Below are positions 1-10,036 of a DNA stretch of 64,000 bases, in pieces. The DNA lies in the NCBI GenBank assembly GCA_937928755.1, contig CALEZI010000127.1, forward strand, positions 36,098 to 100,097. Reading direction: 5' to 3'. Made by a program: the position numbers and the translations under genes. The notes below the pieces were generated by a model. That model worked only from the letters and a program-made list of their open reading frames with translations, was not told the origin of the DNA and did no database searches. Position 1 is the first letter of the stretch. Each line of letters starts with the position of its first letter. This DNA is from an uncultured Rhodanobacteraceae bacterium. GTDB lineage: Bacteria; Pseudomonadota; Gammaproteobacteria; Xanthomonadales; SZUA-5.

Positions 1-565
1 TCGGGTCGAGGCTGGTCGGCAGGAAGAAGGTCGCGCTGTAAGCGCCGGAGACCGCGGCAAAACCCGCCGCGATGCCGGCCAGCGGATGGCGCCCGGCGGC
101 GTAGAAGATCACGCCAGCCAGCGGTGTGACCAGCACATAACCGGCATCCACCGCGTAGTGCGAGAGGATCGCCACGAACGCCACCATCGGCGTCAGCAGC
201 GCCTTCACCGTTACTTGCAGCAGCGCGCGCAACACCGCGTTGATGAAGCCGACGTGCTCGGCGATGCCAAGGCCGAGCATCGACACCAGCACCACGCCCA
301 GCGGCGGAAAGGTCACGAATACATTGACCATGTTCGACAGGAAGGCTGTCAGCGACGCGCCTGACAGCATGTTGACGATCTTCAGCGGTTCCTTGCTGCG
401 CGGGTCGATGACGTCGAAACTGGCGCTGGAGAAGATCCAGCTGGCGACGAACACCAGAGTCATCAGCGCCATGAACAGCAGCGCAGGATCCGGCAACTTG
501 TTGCCGAAACGCTCAACCAGGTTGAGCGCGCGGGTCATGGCAGAGGTCTGGACGGTGGCGGTCAT
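1..565 (-). CDS. AbgT-family transporter (p-aminobenzoyl-glutamate transporter-like), 5' part only; gene continues past window start
   Basis: Not in the ORF track because no stop lies in the window. Reverse-strand translation from ATG 565..563 reads MTATVQTSAMTRALNLVERFGNKLPDPALLFMALMTLVFVASWIF...GVVLVSMLGLGIAEHVGFINA...VDAGYVLVTPLAGVIFYAAGRHPLAGIAAGFAAVSGAYSA, which I recognise as an AbgT N-terminus. An in-frame alternative ATG lies at 538. Confidence 0.75.
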   Translation of the reverse strand, partial: MTATVQTSAMTRALNLVERFGNKLPDPALLFMALMTLVFVASWIFSSASFDVIDPRSKEPLKIVNMLSGASLTAFLSNMVNVFVTFPPLGVVLVSMLGLGIAEHVGFINAVLRALLQVTVKALLTPMVAFVAILSHYAVDAGYVLVTPLAGVIFYAAGRHPLAGIAAGFAAVSGAYSATFFLPTSLDP

Positions 566-915
566 CGATGGTTGGCAGTGGCGGCGAAATGCGGAGCATA
601 GTTTTCACGATGCAAAGCAGTTGTGCACAAGCGACAACCGAATTCGTCCGCGGTCCGAATCCACGGCACCCCGATTCAACGGTACGGAGCGGTCCGTAAC
701 AGCAGCGACAGTGCCGCATCGGTCCGGGCAGCGTCGCGAGCACAAGCAGGCAGCGCCAATCATGGCTTCAACAGTCTGGATGGCGACTTGCAGATCCCGC
801 TCGGCGTTGCATGGCCGCCACGCACGTGGGTTAACATCGCCGGTGGCGACGCCACCGGTTCAACTGCGGCAGCGAAGCAGACGCTCGAAGAATACAAGGA
901 CGGCAGAAGGCGCCG

Positions 916-1572
916 ATGGACAAGATCGAGCGGGAATCGAAGTCCTCCCCATCCGCAGTCGTCGCGGCATCGGAGGATTTCGTCCGCGCTTTCGCGGACA
1001 TCGAACATGCCTACGAATCCACGCTCGAAGGCTGGATCCGGGCGCTCGATCTGCGCGATCGCGAGACCGTCGGGCATAGCCGAAGAGTCGTCGAGCTGAC
1101 CGTTGAGCTGTCCGGGATCTTTGGAGTGTCGGCGGAGGCACTGATCCACATCCGCAGGGGCGCCTTGTTGCATGACATCGGCAAGATGGCGTTGCCCGAC
1201 AGCGTGCTGCTCAAGCCTGGCCCCCTGGATGCGCATGAGCGGGAACAGATGTACCTGCATCCCTGGTATGCCTACCAGATGCTCTCGGGAGTGGACTTTC
1301 TGCGCCCGGCGCTCGACATTCCCTACGCACACCACGAGCGCTGGGACGGCTCGGGGTACCCCAGGGGGTTGCGCGGCGAAGAAACGCCGTTCGCGGCGCG
1401 TTTGTTCGCAGTCATCGACGTCTGGGACGCGCTTCGATTCGATCGCCCCTATCGCCCCGGTTGGAGCGCTGACCGGGTCATCGAACACATCCGCAGTTCA
1501 TCGGGAACGCATTTTGAGCCGGTGGTTGCGGAGGCCTTCGAGGCCTTGTTGAGGAAACGCGGCGAGATCTGA
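916..1572 (+). CDS. HD-GYP domain protein (putative c-di-GMP phosphodiesterase), stand-alone domain
   Basis: 218-aa ORF with LLHDIGKMALP (HD) and HHERWDGSGYPRGL (GYP) motifs. No receiver domain. Confidence 0.85.
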   Translation: MDKIERESKSSPSAVVAASEDFVRAFADIEHAYESTLEGWIRALDLRDRETVGHSRRVVELTVELSGIFGVSAEALIHIRRGALLHDIGKMALPDSVLLKPGPLDAHEREQMYLHPWYAYQMLSGVDFLRPALDIPYAHHERWDGSGYPRGLRGEETPFAARLFAVIDVWDALRFDRPYRPGWSADRVIEHIRSSSGTHFEPVVAEAFEALLRKRGEI

Positions 1573-1853
1573 GCGTGGCGTGTCAGCGCCGTTTGCCGCT
1601 CAGCGTATCCGATTCTCTCGTTTCGATCCTCATGACCCGGTCTTCGTCCTGACTTCGGCACCCAGGACGTTGATGGGGCAGGGCATTGGGCTTGAGTTCG
1701 CTGCGTTGATCGCAACACGCCGACGCTCGGCTTGGGCGTGAGGCAGTCCATGGCAATGCGCGGGCGTTGTGCGGGAGATCGAGCGCTGCTGAGCGAACTG
1801 TCCACAGTGGCTTCCGTATGCTGCGCGGGGCGCGGAACCGGTGAGGAGCGAGC

Positions 1854-3212
1854 ATGAGCGAGAGCGAGCGTTACGATCGCAAGACGCGGCAGTTGCGCCT
1901 GCTGTCCGAAGCGCTGGCCAGCGGACGCCTGGCGCCGGTCAAACGCATGCTCGACACGCTCACGCCCGGCGAAATCGCCCGCGTGCTGGAATCGTTGCCG
2001 CCGGCAAAGCGCAGCGTGGTTTGGGGGCTGGTCGACCCGGATGATGACGGCGAAGTGCTGGTCCATGTGGCCGATGAGGTCCGCGACGGCCTGCTCGCCG
2101 AAATGGACAACGAGGAACTGCGCTCGGCGTTGAACACGCTGGAGGTCGACGATCTGGCCGATCTGGTCGACGACCTGCCGCAGCAGTTGATCGAAGAGCT
2201 GCTGCGCGGCATGGATCGCGAGCATCGCGATCGTCTGGAGCAGGTGCTGTCGTACCCGGAGGAAAGTGCCGGGCGCCTGATGAATACCGACGTGGTCACC
2301 GTACGCGCCGATGTCGCCATCGACGTGGTGCTGCGGTTCTTGCGCATGCGCGGTGAATTGCCGGAGCACACCGACCATCTGTTCGTGGTCAACCGCAACA
2401 GCCGTTACCTCGGGCGGGTCGCGCTGACCGCGCTGCTGACCAGCGATCCCGATCGCACTATCGCCGAAATCGTCGATGACTCGTTGCCGGGTATCCGCGC
2501 CAGCGCCACGCTCGACCATGTCGCCGAGGAGTTCGAGAACCATCGTTATGTGTCGGCGCCGGTAGTCGACGCCGACAACCGGCTGGTCGGCCGCATTACC
2601 GTCGACGACGTCATCGACCTGGTACGCGATCGCGCCGAGCACGACCTGATGTCGATGGCCGGCCTGAACGAGGAAGAAGACATGTTCGCGCCGGTCGCCG
2701 CGGCCAGCCGCAGGCGCGCGATCTGGCTGGGCATCAACCTGCTGACGGCGTTCCTCGCGGCGGCGGTGATCGGCAAGTTCGAAGCGACGCTGGAACAGAT
2801 CGTCGCGCTGGCGGTGCTGATGCCGGTGGTCGCCAGCATGGGCGGTGTGGCCGGCACGCAGACGCTGACGCTGATCGTGCGCGGTCTGGCGTTGGGGCAG
2901 GTCAGTTGGGACAACGCGCGCGATCTGCTCAAGCGCGAGATGGCGATCGGCGTACTGAATGGCGTGTTGTGGGCGGTGGTGGTGGCGCTGGTCGCATGGG
3001 CCTGGTTTGGCGACTGGCGCATTTCGGCGGTGATCGGCGCCGCGATCATCATCAATCTGCTGGCGGCGGCGTTATCGGGCGTGTTGATTCCGCTGCTGCT
3101 GAAGCGCTTTGCCGTCGATCCTGCGCTCGCTGGTGGCGTGGTCTTGACCACGGTGACCGATGTGGTTGGATTCCTCGCGTTTCTCGGCTTGGCAACCTTG
3201 TTCTTGTTGTAG
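1854..3212 (+). CDS. mgtE: Magnesium transporter MgtE
   Basis: 452 aa. N-terminal MgtE_N-like acidic helices, tandem CBS-like segments (VVTVRADVAIDVVLRFLR; VSAPVVDADNRLVGRITVDDVIDLV) and a C-terminal 5-TM channel region (GGVAGTQTLTLIVRGLALG). Confidence 0.9.
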   Translation: MSESERYDRKTRQLRLLSEALASGRLAPVKRMLDTLTPGEIARVLESLPPAKRSVVWGLVDPDDDGEVLVHVADEVRDGLLAEMDNEELRSALNTLEVDDLADLVDDLPQQLIEELLRGMDREHRDRLEQVLSYPEESAGRLMNTDVVTVRADVAIDVVLRFLRMRGELPEHTDHLFVVNRNSRYLGRVALTALLTSDPDRTIAEIVDDSLPGIRASATLDHVAEEFENHRYVSAPVVDADNRLVGRITVDDVIDLVRDRAEHDLMSMAGLNEEEDMFAPVAAASRRRAIWLGINLLTAFLAAAVIGKFEATLEQIVALAVLMPVVASMGGVAGTQTLTLIVRGLALGQVSWDNARDLLKREMAIGVLNGVLWAVVVALVAWAWFGDWRISAVIGAAIIINLLAAALSGVLIPLLLKRFAVDPALAGGVVLTTVTDVVGFLAFLGLATLFLL

Positions 3213-3260
3213 CCGACGTCTTCGCCGGAACGGACCGCAGGTGTCAGAACAGTAGAGCCT

Positions 3261-3366
3261 TCTGACCGCAAAGGACGCAAAGAAGGCCAGATTCCAGGGA
3301 TTGCTGCTGGCGCTGAAGGGAAGACCTTTGCTTTCCTTTGCGTTTTTTGCGTCCTTTGCGGACAGA
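3261..3366. repeat. MITE-like inverted-repeat element, copy A (family shared with 42812..42926)
   Basis: Left arm tctgaccgcaaaggacgcaaag (3261-3282) matches right arm ttttgcgtcctttgcggacaga (3345-3366) at 20/22 positions as an inverted repeat. The internal attgctg...gctttcctttgcg is shared with copy B. It lies between the convergent 3' ends of mgtE and the wspR-like gene. Confidence 0.7.
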
Positions 3367-3398
3367 AAAGGCAACCGGATGGCGCGGGCGCCTGCAAC

Positions 3399-4595
3399 TC
3401 AGCGACTTGGTCCGGCCCACGACACCAGTCGCACGCCCTTGCCATCTTCTGGTCGCAGCACGCCGGGGCCGAGATTGATGTCGCCGAGGCGCTTGTGGAA
3501 GTCCGGGTCGGGGCCGGGGAATACGCCGAAGGCGCGGTTGCGGCCATCCAGCTTGGCGAGATAGGTGCCGGCATCGGCGAGTGCGATGGCGAGGTGCTCG
3601 TCGTGTGCAGGCGCGGCGCCTGTTCCGGGTTCGACCATCCACGGCCAGGGCGTGAACCCGAGCGAAATGGTGACGTGAAGAGGCTCGCGTCCCGGCAACG
3701 CCACCGGCGTTTCGGCAACTGCGCGCAGGATGCGTCCGGCAAGCACCTTGGAGCCTTCCGCATCGAGTCCGCGCGCCACCACCAGGAACTCTTCGCCGCC
3801 CCAGCGCATCGCGGCATCCGCGGAGCGCAAGGTGCGCCGCAGGCGATGCGCGACCTCGACCAGCACGGCGTCGCCGACATCGTGGCCATGGCGGTCGTTG
3901 ATCTGCTTGAAGTGATCCAGATCGAACTGCAGGTAAGTGAGTTGTTCCGACGGCTGCGGGCGCCGCCGCTCGCCGGGTTCCGGCCAGTTGGCGGGCGCTG
4001 GTTCGCGATCGAGGAACACGCGCAGATAACGCCGGTTGCGCAGTCCGGTCAACGCATCTGAAAGCGCAGAATCGGCGAGTTCGCGGTTGACGGCCTCGAG
4101 TTGCGCGGCCTGTGCCTGCAACTGTGCCTTCTGTCGCTCGATCTCGGCCTGACGCTGTTCCAGCGCCATGCGGCTCTCCAGCAACGCCTGGAATGCGAGT
4201 TCGCGTTGGCGCGCGTTGTGATAAGCGCGGCCGTGATAACGAATGCGCGCGGCCAGTTCGAGGGCGCTCGGCAGTTTCACGACGTAGTCGTTGGCGCCCC
4301 AGCGGAACGCCTCAACCTTGGTCTCCGGGTCGTCGGCGGCCGACAACATGACCACCGGCACCTCGGTCAGGCTTGGGTGCGCGCGGTAGCGCTTGAGCAG
4401 GGTGATGCCGTCGAGTCCGTCCATGATCAAGTCCTGCAGGATGACCGCAGGTTCGACCGCCTGCGCCTGGGCCACGGCTTCGGTGGGATCGCTGACGCTG
4501 AACAGCTCGAGGTCGGGTTCGTTTGCCAGCATCTGCCGCAGCGCGGCGATGATCACCGGTTGGTCGTCGACCATGAGCACGCGGATGCTGCTCAT
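3399..4595 (-). CDS. wspR: Response regulator diguanylate cyclase (REC-GGDEF), WspR-like
   Basis: MSSIRVLMVDDQPV... receiver domain, a coiled-coil linker, then a GGDEF domain (RWGGEEFLVV) with an RSAD I-site 5 aa upstream. ATG 4595..4593 overlaps the upstream stop (ATGA). The 545-aa ORF in the track is a 5' extension into the preceding gene. Confidence 0.85.
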   Translation of the reverse strand: MSSIRVLMVDDQPVIIAALRQMLANEPDLELFSVSDPTEAVAQAQAVEPAVILQDLIMDGLDGITLLKRYRAHPSLTEVPVVMLSAADDPETKVEAFRWGANDYVVKLPSALELAARIRYHGRAYHNARQRELAFQALLESRMALEQRQAEIERQKAQLQAQAAQLEAVNRELADSALSDALTGLRNRRYLRVFLDREPAPANWPEPGERRRPQPSEQLTYLQFDLDHFKQINDRHGHDVGDAVLVEVAHRLRRTLRSADAAMRWGGEEFLVVARGLDAEGSKVLAGRILRAVAETPVALPGREPLHVTISLGFTPWPWMVEPGTGAAPAHDEHLAIALADAGTYLAKLDGRNRAFGVFPGPDPDFHKRLGDINLGPGVLRPEDGKGVRLVSWAGPSR

Positions 4596-5602
4596 CCGAG
4601 GATGCGCCCGAAGCGCTGGTTGGCCGCCATGTGGCGGGCCAGCGCCGGTCCGATGGCTACCGGCGGCAAGGCCTGCACTGCGGCACCGTTTTCCAGCGCG
4701 GCTCGGGGCATGCCGAACACGGCGCAACTGCCTTCGTCCTGGGCCAGCGTGAACCAGCCGGCCTGGCGCATCTTTAGCAGGCCGCGAGCGCCGTCGTTGC
4801 CCATGCCACTGAGCAGCGCTGCAGCACCCGGCCGCGCGTGCTCGGCGAGACTGCTGAACAGTGCATCGATGCTCGGCACGTGCAGGTCGCTGCGCTGCGC
4901 GGGCTGATAGGTGAGTTGCTGCGAAGCCAGCAACACTAGGTGGCCTGCGGCGGAGCCGACGTAGACCCGTCCCGCTGCGAGGCTTTCGCCGCGTTGGGCC
5001 AGAGTGACCGGCAACAGCGTGTTGGAGGCCAGCCATTCGACCAGGCCGCTGGAGAATTCCCCATCGATATGCTGCACCACGAGCACTGCCGCGCCGAGCC
5101 CGGCTGGTAATCCGGCGAGCACCTGCGCCAGCGCCTGCGGACCTCCCGTCGAGGCACCCAACGCAATGATCGGCACCGATCCGGATCCTGTCGTTGCTGC
5201 CGCAACTGGGATGGCCGGTCTGGACTGCGTGTCGCCGATCAGCGTCTGCATGCGGCGAATTCGAGTCAGCAGTCGCTGCGCACCGACCAGCTCGCCGTCG
5301 GCTTCCAGATGCGGCGGCTGCAGGTGTCCGAGTGCTCCGGCGCTCAATGCCTCATAGACACCGGACGCGCGATCATCGTCGGCGAGCACGAACCAGGGAC
5401 AGCCTTCAGGGGCGAGTTGCCGGGCGTCGCTGGTCACCAGTGCCGCATCCAGCAGCAGCAGATCGGGAGGGTCGCGGCGGCGCATGCGCTCCAGTTCGCG
5501 GCCGTCCGCCGCGGTCCAGACCAACGACAGATCACCTTGCGCCAGGCTGCGGCGCACCGCCTCGCGGACCAGTCTTTGCGGGTGGGCCAAAGCAATTCTC
5601 AT
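4592..5602 (-). CDS. wspF: Chemotaxis-type protein-glutamate methylesterase (CheB/WspF-like)
   Basis: 336 aa. N-terminal REC-like domain plus a CheB esterase domain (ALGASTGGPQAL, VVQHIDGEF, LSGMGNDGARGL). ATGA overlaps at both ends. Confidence 0.85.
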   Translation of the reverse strand: MRIALAHPQRLVREAVRRSLAQGDLSLVWTAADGRELERMRRRDPPDLLLLDAALVTSDARQLAPEGCPWFVLADDDRASGVYEALSAGALGHLQPPHLEADGELVGAQRLLTRIRRMQTLIGDTQSRPAIPVAAATTGSGSVPIIALGASTGGPQALAQVLAGLPAGLGAAVLVVQHIDGEFSSGLVEWLASNTLLPVTLAQRGESLAAGRVYVGSAAGHLVLLASQQLTYQPAQRSDLHVPSIDALFSSLAEHARPGAAALLSGMGNDGARGLLKMRQAGWFTLAQDEGSCAVFGMPRAALENGAAVQALPPVAIGPALARHMAANQRFGRILG

Positions 5603-8172
5603 GTGTCCGCCTGCGCCGATCCGATCAACTGATGCACCAGCTTGAGGAAGTTCTCGTCCTGGAAGTCGGACTTGGTCAGATAACTGTCGGCGCGCGCTTC
5701 CAGTCCGCGACGCCGGTCCTCCGGGCGATCGCGATAGGACACGATGACCACCGGCAGCGAGCGCAGACGCGGATCCTGCTTGATCGAACGGGTCAGTTCG
5801 ATGCCGTTCATGCGGGGCATGTCGACGTCGGTGATCAACAGGTCGAAACTTTCATCGCGCAGGCGGCTCCAGGCATCCACGCCATCGACCGCCACCTCGA
5901 CGTCGAAACCGCGTCCGGCGAGCAACTGGCGCTCGAGTTCGCGCACCGAGATCGAATCGTCAACCACCAGTACGCGTTTGCGTCGCGCCGCCCCGGTGCT
6001 GGCCGGCTGCGCCGCCGCTAGGCTGGCACGCTCGCGGCCCAGCGCGCTGCGCATGAGATCATCGACATCCAGCAGCACCACTGGCGTACCGTCGGTCAGC
6101 AGCGCCACAGCGCCGATATCCGCGACCCGACCCAGGCGTGCATCGAGTGGGCGCGTCGCCAGATCGTATTCGCCGAGGAATTCATCGACGACGAATCCGA
6201 CCAGACGCCCCTGGTGTTCGACGACCACCACATCGAGTCGCTCGCCCTGGCCGCGTGTGGTACCGAGGTCGAGCAGTTCCGCCAGCGGCACCAGGCCGAT
6301 GTTGCGGCCGGACAAGGGCAGGTACTGCAAGCCCTCTTCGGAGACCACGTCGCTGCGCTCGCCGCGCACCACGCGGTCGATGCGCAAGGAAGGAAAGGCG
6401 TACACCTCGCTGGCGGTGCGCACCGCCAGCGCACGCGTGACCGCGCGCGAGATCGGCACCAGCAGGTGGAAGGTGGTGCCGTGGCCGTGACGCGTGGTCA
6501 GGCGCACGCTGCCCTCGAGGCGCTCGATGCTCTCGCGCACCACATCCAGCCCGACGCCGCGACCGGAGACCTCGGTAACTTCCGATCGCGTGGTAAAGCC
6601 GGGGGCAAAAAGATGCTCGCGCAGCGCTTGTTCCGACAGCGCCGCGACGGCGTCGCTGCTCAGCCGGCCGCTTTCGACCAGGCGCGCGCGTACCCGGTCC
6701 AGGTCGATGCCGGCGCCGTCCTCGCTGATGTCGATGGCCAGCATGCCGGCGCGATGGGTGGCCCAGATACGCAGTTGGCCTTCTTCGGGTTTCCCGGCGG
6801 CGATGCGCGCGGCGACCGGCTCGATGCCGTGGTCGAGCGCGTTGCGCAACAGGTGCGTCAATGGCGCATCGAGTTTTTCCAGCACATCGCGATCGACTTC
6901 AAGGCTCTCGCCGACGATGGTCAGTCGCGCGCGCTTGCCGAGTTGCCGGGCGAGGTCGCGAACCATGCGTGGATAGCCGAGCACGAGGTCGCGGAACGGC
7001 CGCAAACGGGTCAGCGAGGCGGCCTGGAAAATGCGTTCGTTGAGGTCGAAGGATTCGCGCGCGTAGTCGGTGAAGTCGTCGATCCAGCTCTGCGTATGCT
7101 GGCGCGCGCTGGCGATCTGACGGCGCAATTCGCCGAGGTCGGCGCCCACCGCGCTGGTCGGTGTCGGCGCGCCGAGTCGATGGTGCAGATCGTCGACCAG
7201 TCGCCCGAGTTGGCCCACGGTCTGGCGCAATCGCTGCTGGCGATCGGCGAACGGGCGCAGGCGGTGCGCGCCGACCACGCCGGTTCCGGCCAATGCGATC
7301 AGGCGTCCGACCAGGCTGGCCTTGATGCGCAGCACCGGGTCGCCATCTTCGGCGGCGATGTAGGTGGGCGCCGGCGCCAGCGTCTGTGCCGCCACGGGCG
7401 CCGCCGCTGCCGCAGCGCTCACGCCCGGCTCGGGTGCCAGCAGGCGTTGCAGTCGCGCCTCGAGCGCCTCGTTGCTGCCATGCCGCGCAAACTCGCGCAG
7501 CAGGTCGACGCTGGCCAGGCAGTATTCGATCAGCGCTTCGTCGACGCCATGCGCCTGGCGCTGGGCACCCGACAATCGATCCTCCAGCGCGTGCGCCAGC
7601 GTGACCACCGGTTCCAGTCGCACGGCGCGCGCGGCACCCTTGATCGAATGCGCGGCGCGCATCACCGGTGCAATCAGATCGAGTCGCTCGGGTTCCTGCT
7701 CCAGGCGCAGCAACAACTGGCTGATGCGACTGCTCTGCTCGTCGACTTCCTGACGAAACAGCCCGAGGATCGGGTTGTCGCTGGCGATTGCCGGCGCGGC
7801 GTCCACTTCCGCATGGCTGAGTTCGACGGCGATCGCAGCGGCGTCGTCGGCGTGGGCCAACACCCACTCGCTGGCCTGCCCCTTGGGCGCTTCAGCGAAT
7901 GCCCGCAGCAGGACCAGTGCGCGGCCGACGCCGGCCGACAACAGCACCGGCGCTGCGCTGTCGCTCTGCAACTGGTGCAGAGCCTGAGCCAGTTGCAGCC
8001 ACTGCGGCTGCTGGATCACGGTGAAGGCACCGGCAAGCGCGTGCGAGCGCCGCGCCCAGCGCGCCATCGCCCCCGGCGCCGTCGCTGGATCTGCGGCCAG
8101 ACGCACGCAATCGGCCAGTTCGCTGGTCAACTGGCGAACCTCGCCTTGCAGCAATTCGATCAGGGCGCTCAC
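5599..8172 (-). CDS. wspE: Hybrid CheA-type histidine kinase with C-terminal receiver (WspE-like)
   Basis: Hpt (AAHSIKGAARAV), HATPase (HLLRNALDHGIE, DISEDGAGID, GRGVGLDVV), a CheW-like domain and a C-terminal REC (VLVVDDSISVRE...LLITDVDMPRMNG). I place the start at GTG 8172..8170, overlapping the upstream stop (GTGA). The 953-aa track ORF runs on into wspD. Confidence 0.8.
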   Translation of the reverse strand: MSALIELLQGEVRQLTSELADCVRLAADPATAPGAMARWARRSHALAGAFTVIQQPQWLQLAQALHQLQSDSAAPVLLSAGVGRALVLLRAFAEAPKGQASEWVLAHADDAAAIAVELSHAEVDAAPAIASDNPILGLFRQEVDEQSSRISQLLLRLEQEPERLDLIAPVMRAAHSIKGAARAVRLEPVVTLAHALEDRLSGAQRQAHGVDEALIEYCLASVDLLREFARHGSNEALEARLQRLLAPEPGVSAAAAAAPVAAQTLAPAPTYIAAEDGDPVLRIKASLVGRLIALAGTGVVGAHRLRPFADRQQRLRQTVGQLGRLVDDLHHRLGAPTPTSAVGADLGELRRQIASARQHTQSWIDDFTDYARESFDLNERIFQAASLTRLRPFRDLVLGYPRMVRDLARQLGKRARLTIVGESLEVDRDVLEKLDAPLTHLLRNALDHGIEPVAARIAAGKPEEGQLRIWATHRAGMLAIDISEDGAGIDLDRVRARLVESGRLSSDAVAALSEQALREHLFAPGFTTRSEVTEVSGRGVGLDVVRESIERLEGSVRLTTRHGHGTTFHLLVPISRAVTRALAVRTASEVYAFPSLRIDRVVRGERSDVVSEEGLQYLPLSGRNIGLVPLAELLDLGTTRGQGERLDVVVVEHQGRLVGFVVDEFLGEYDLATRPLDARLGRVADIGAVALLTDGTPVVLLDVDDLMRSALGRERASLAAAQPASTGAARRKRVLVVDDSISVRELERQLLAGRGFDVEVAVDGVDAWSRLRDESFDLLITDVDMPRMNGIELTRSIKQDPRLRSLPVVIVSYRDRPEDRRRGLEARADSYLTKSDFQDENFLKLVHQLIGSAQADT

Positions 8173-8813
8173 GAATACAGCGCCTCTTCCAGTGCGGTGA
8201 TCACGGCGCTGTCGTCGAGTAGCGCCATGCGCCCTTGCTCGATGGCCACCACCCCGGACAGGCAGCGCGCCAGTGCCGGCGGCAGCGTCGACGGCACTTC
8301 CTCGATTTGATTCGCCTGAATGCTGCGCAGGCCGGCGACTTCGGTGGCGCGGAAGGCGATCGGCGCGGCGTTGCCCGGCTCCAGCAGCACCAGCCGTGCG
8401 CGCTCGCCCGCGAGTTCGCTGCGCTGGCCCAGTTGCAGAACTTCGATCAGCGCGACGCACAGGTGCAACTCGCCGCGTACCGGCACCAGGCCTTCAAGTC
8501 GGCCACTGCCGCGGTGGGCCACGCGCCGCGGCAGCCGCGCTTCGGCCACTTCGGCGACCCGATCGCAGCGCAGCCCCAGCCATTCGCGCCCAAGGCGGAA
8601 GGTCAGTACCGAGCGCGAGTCCTTTTCCGCACGGTCGCCGAGAGCGGTCGACAACGGCGGCAGCGGATCGGCCTCGCGCCGCAGCAAGCCACGCGCAGCC
8701 TCGCGGAACACGCCGCAATTGCGACAATGAATGTCGTTGCGCAATTGCGCGCAGCTGTGGTCGCCGCCGTAGACGCCGATCTTGCGCCAGCATTGCGCCA
8801 TGGGTTCGCTCAC
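8169..8813 (-). CDS. wspD: CheW-like coupling protein with N-terminal Cys-rich segment (WspD-like)
   Basis: CWRKIGVYGGDHSCAQLRNDIHCRNCGVF followed by a CheW fold. GTG 8813..8811 overlaps the wspC stop (GTGA). An alternative ATG lies at 8801. Confidence 0.75.
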   Translation of the reverse strand: MSEPMAQCWRKIGVYGGDHSCAQLRNDIHCRNCGVFREAARGLLRREADPLPPLSTALGDRAEKDSRSVLTFRLGREWLGLRCDRVAEVAEARLPRRVAHRGSGRLEGLVPVRGELHLCVALIEVLQLGQRSELAGERARLVLLEPGNAAPIAFRATEVAGLRSIQANQIEEVPSTLPPALARCLSGVVAIEQGRMALLDDSAVITALEEALYS

Positions 8814-10036
8814 GATCGTGCCCCGTCCGCTTTCATGCGCGCCAGCCGCGAGCGCAACTGCTCGGCCTCGAGCGGCTGGCCGCGACGCTCGGCCAGTGCG
8901 ATGCGGTAGTGCATCGCCTCGGCATTGTCGCGGTCCAGATAGCTGGCGTGGACCAGCGCCTGCTCGGCTTCGTTGAGATCGTTTTCGGCCATGGCGATCA
9001 AGCCTCGCAGCAACCAGGCGCTCGCCGATTCGGGATCCCTGGCAAGCAGTTGCTGGCACAGCAAACGCGCGCGCTCGAACTGTCCGGCGTCCGCCGCCTG
9101 ACGCACCTCGTCGATCGGATCGCTTGCCGCGGCGACGTCTGCCAGCGGTTCCGGTGGCTTTGTTTGCGGCTTCGGCCTTGGCGCCGCGGCGCTTGCCTGT
9201 ACTCCCCGTGCAGGGCGGGTCGCCGCTGCGGGGCGCACGCTGACGGCGGCGACTGGACGAGCCTGCTGGCTGAAGCTCAACGGGCCATAACCGACCAGGG
9301 GTTGCAGCCGAGGGTCGATGGCGCTCAGATTCTCGGCTTGACCGGCGAGCACCAGTCCCGGCGCTTCGAGTACTCGCAGGATCTGCTCGATGGCTCGGGT
9401 GCGCGCTTCTGGGTCCAAGTAAATCAGCAAGTTGCGAAAGAAGATCACGTCAAAGCGTTCGCCCGGCGCAAAACAGTCCGATTGCAACAGGTTGCCGCAG
9501 CGAAAGCGCACGCTGCGCGCCACGGCGGGCATCGGTACCCAGAATTCGCCTTCACGCTGAAACCAGGACGGATCCACATTGCGACCGCGCGCTGCCGTGG
9601 CGCGAAAACGGGCGGCTTGCGCGCTGGCAATCGCGCGTTCCGATACATCGATGCCGAGGATATCGAAAGCGCCAGGGCCGAGGCCCTGCTGCAGTAGCGT
9701 CGCGGCAATCGAATACGCCTCCTCGCCGGTTGCGCAGGGCAGGCTGAGGATGCGCAAGGGGCGTCGCGATCCCAGTCGCTCGCGTACGAAGCGCGTCAAG
9801 TCGTCGAACTGCTCGGGCGAGCGGAACAGCCAGGTCTCCGGCACTACCATGCAATCGACAAAACGTTGCCATTCGCGATCGTTGCCGTCGATGCGCGCCA
9901 GCAAGGCATCGGTGTTGGCGCACTGCAGCGTGGCGCAGGCCTCGTCGATGGCGTGATTCAGCGTGATTTCGCCAATCGACTGCGGGTCCAGCCCGAGACG
10001 ACGTCGCAGCCGCTCGATGACGAGCGTGCGGCTCAT
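8810..10036 (-). CDS. wspC: CheR-type methyltransferase with C-terminal TPR region (WspC-like)
   Basis: 408 aa. SAM-methyltransferase motifs LRILSLPCATGEEAYSIA and FDVIFFRNLLIYL. C-terminal TPR-like helices (ASAWLLRGLIAMAENDLNEAEQALVHASYLD). Confidence 0.85.
   Translation of the reverse strand: MSRTLVIERLRRRLGLDPQSIGEITLNHAIDEACATLQCANTDALLARIDGNDREWQRFVDCMVVPETWLFRSPEQFDDLTRFVRERLGSRRPLRILSLPCATGEEAYSIAATLLQQGLGPGAFDILGIDVSERAIASAQAARFRATAARGRNVDPSWFQREGEFWVPMPAVARSVRFRCGNLLQSDCFAPGERFDVIFFRNLLIYLDPEARTRAIEQILRVLEAPGLVLAGQAENLSAIDPRLQPLVGYGPLSFSQQARPVAAVSVRPAAATRPARGVQASAAAPRPKPQTKPPEPLADVAAASDPIDEVRQAADAGQFERARLLCQQLLARDPESASAWLLRGLIAMAENDLNEAEQALVHASYLDRDNAEAMHYRIALAERRGQPLEAEQLRSRLARMKADGARS

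Noticed and set aside
1573-1853. Mg2+ (M-box/ykoK) riboswitch upstream of mgtE
   Set aside because: I could not recognise M-box conserved elements in the 280-nt leader, and this riboswitch class is mainly found in Firmicutes. A covariance-model scan (Rfam RF00380) would be needed to exclude it formally.
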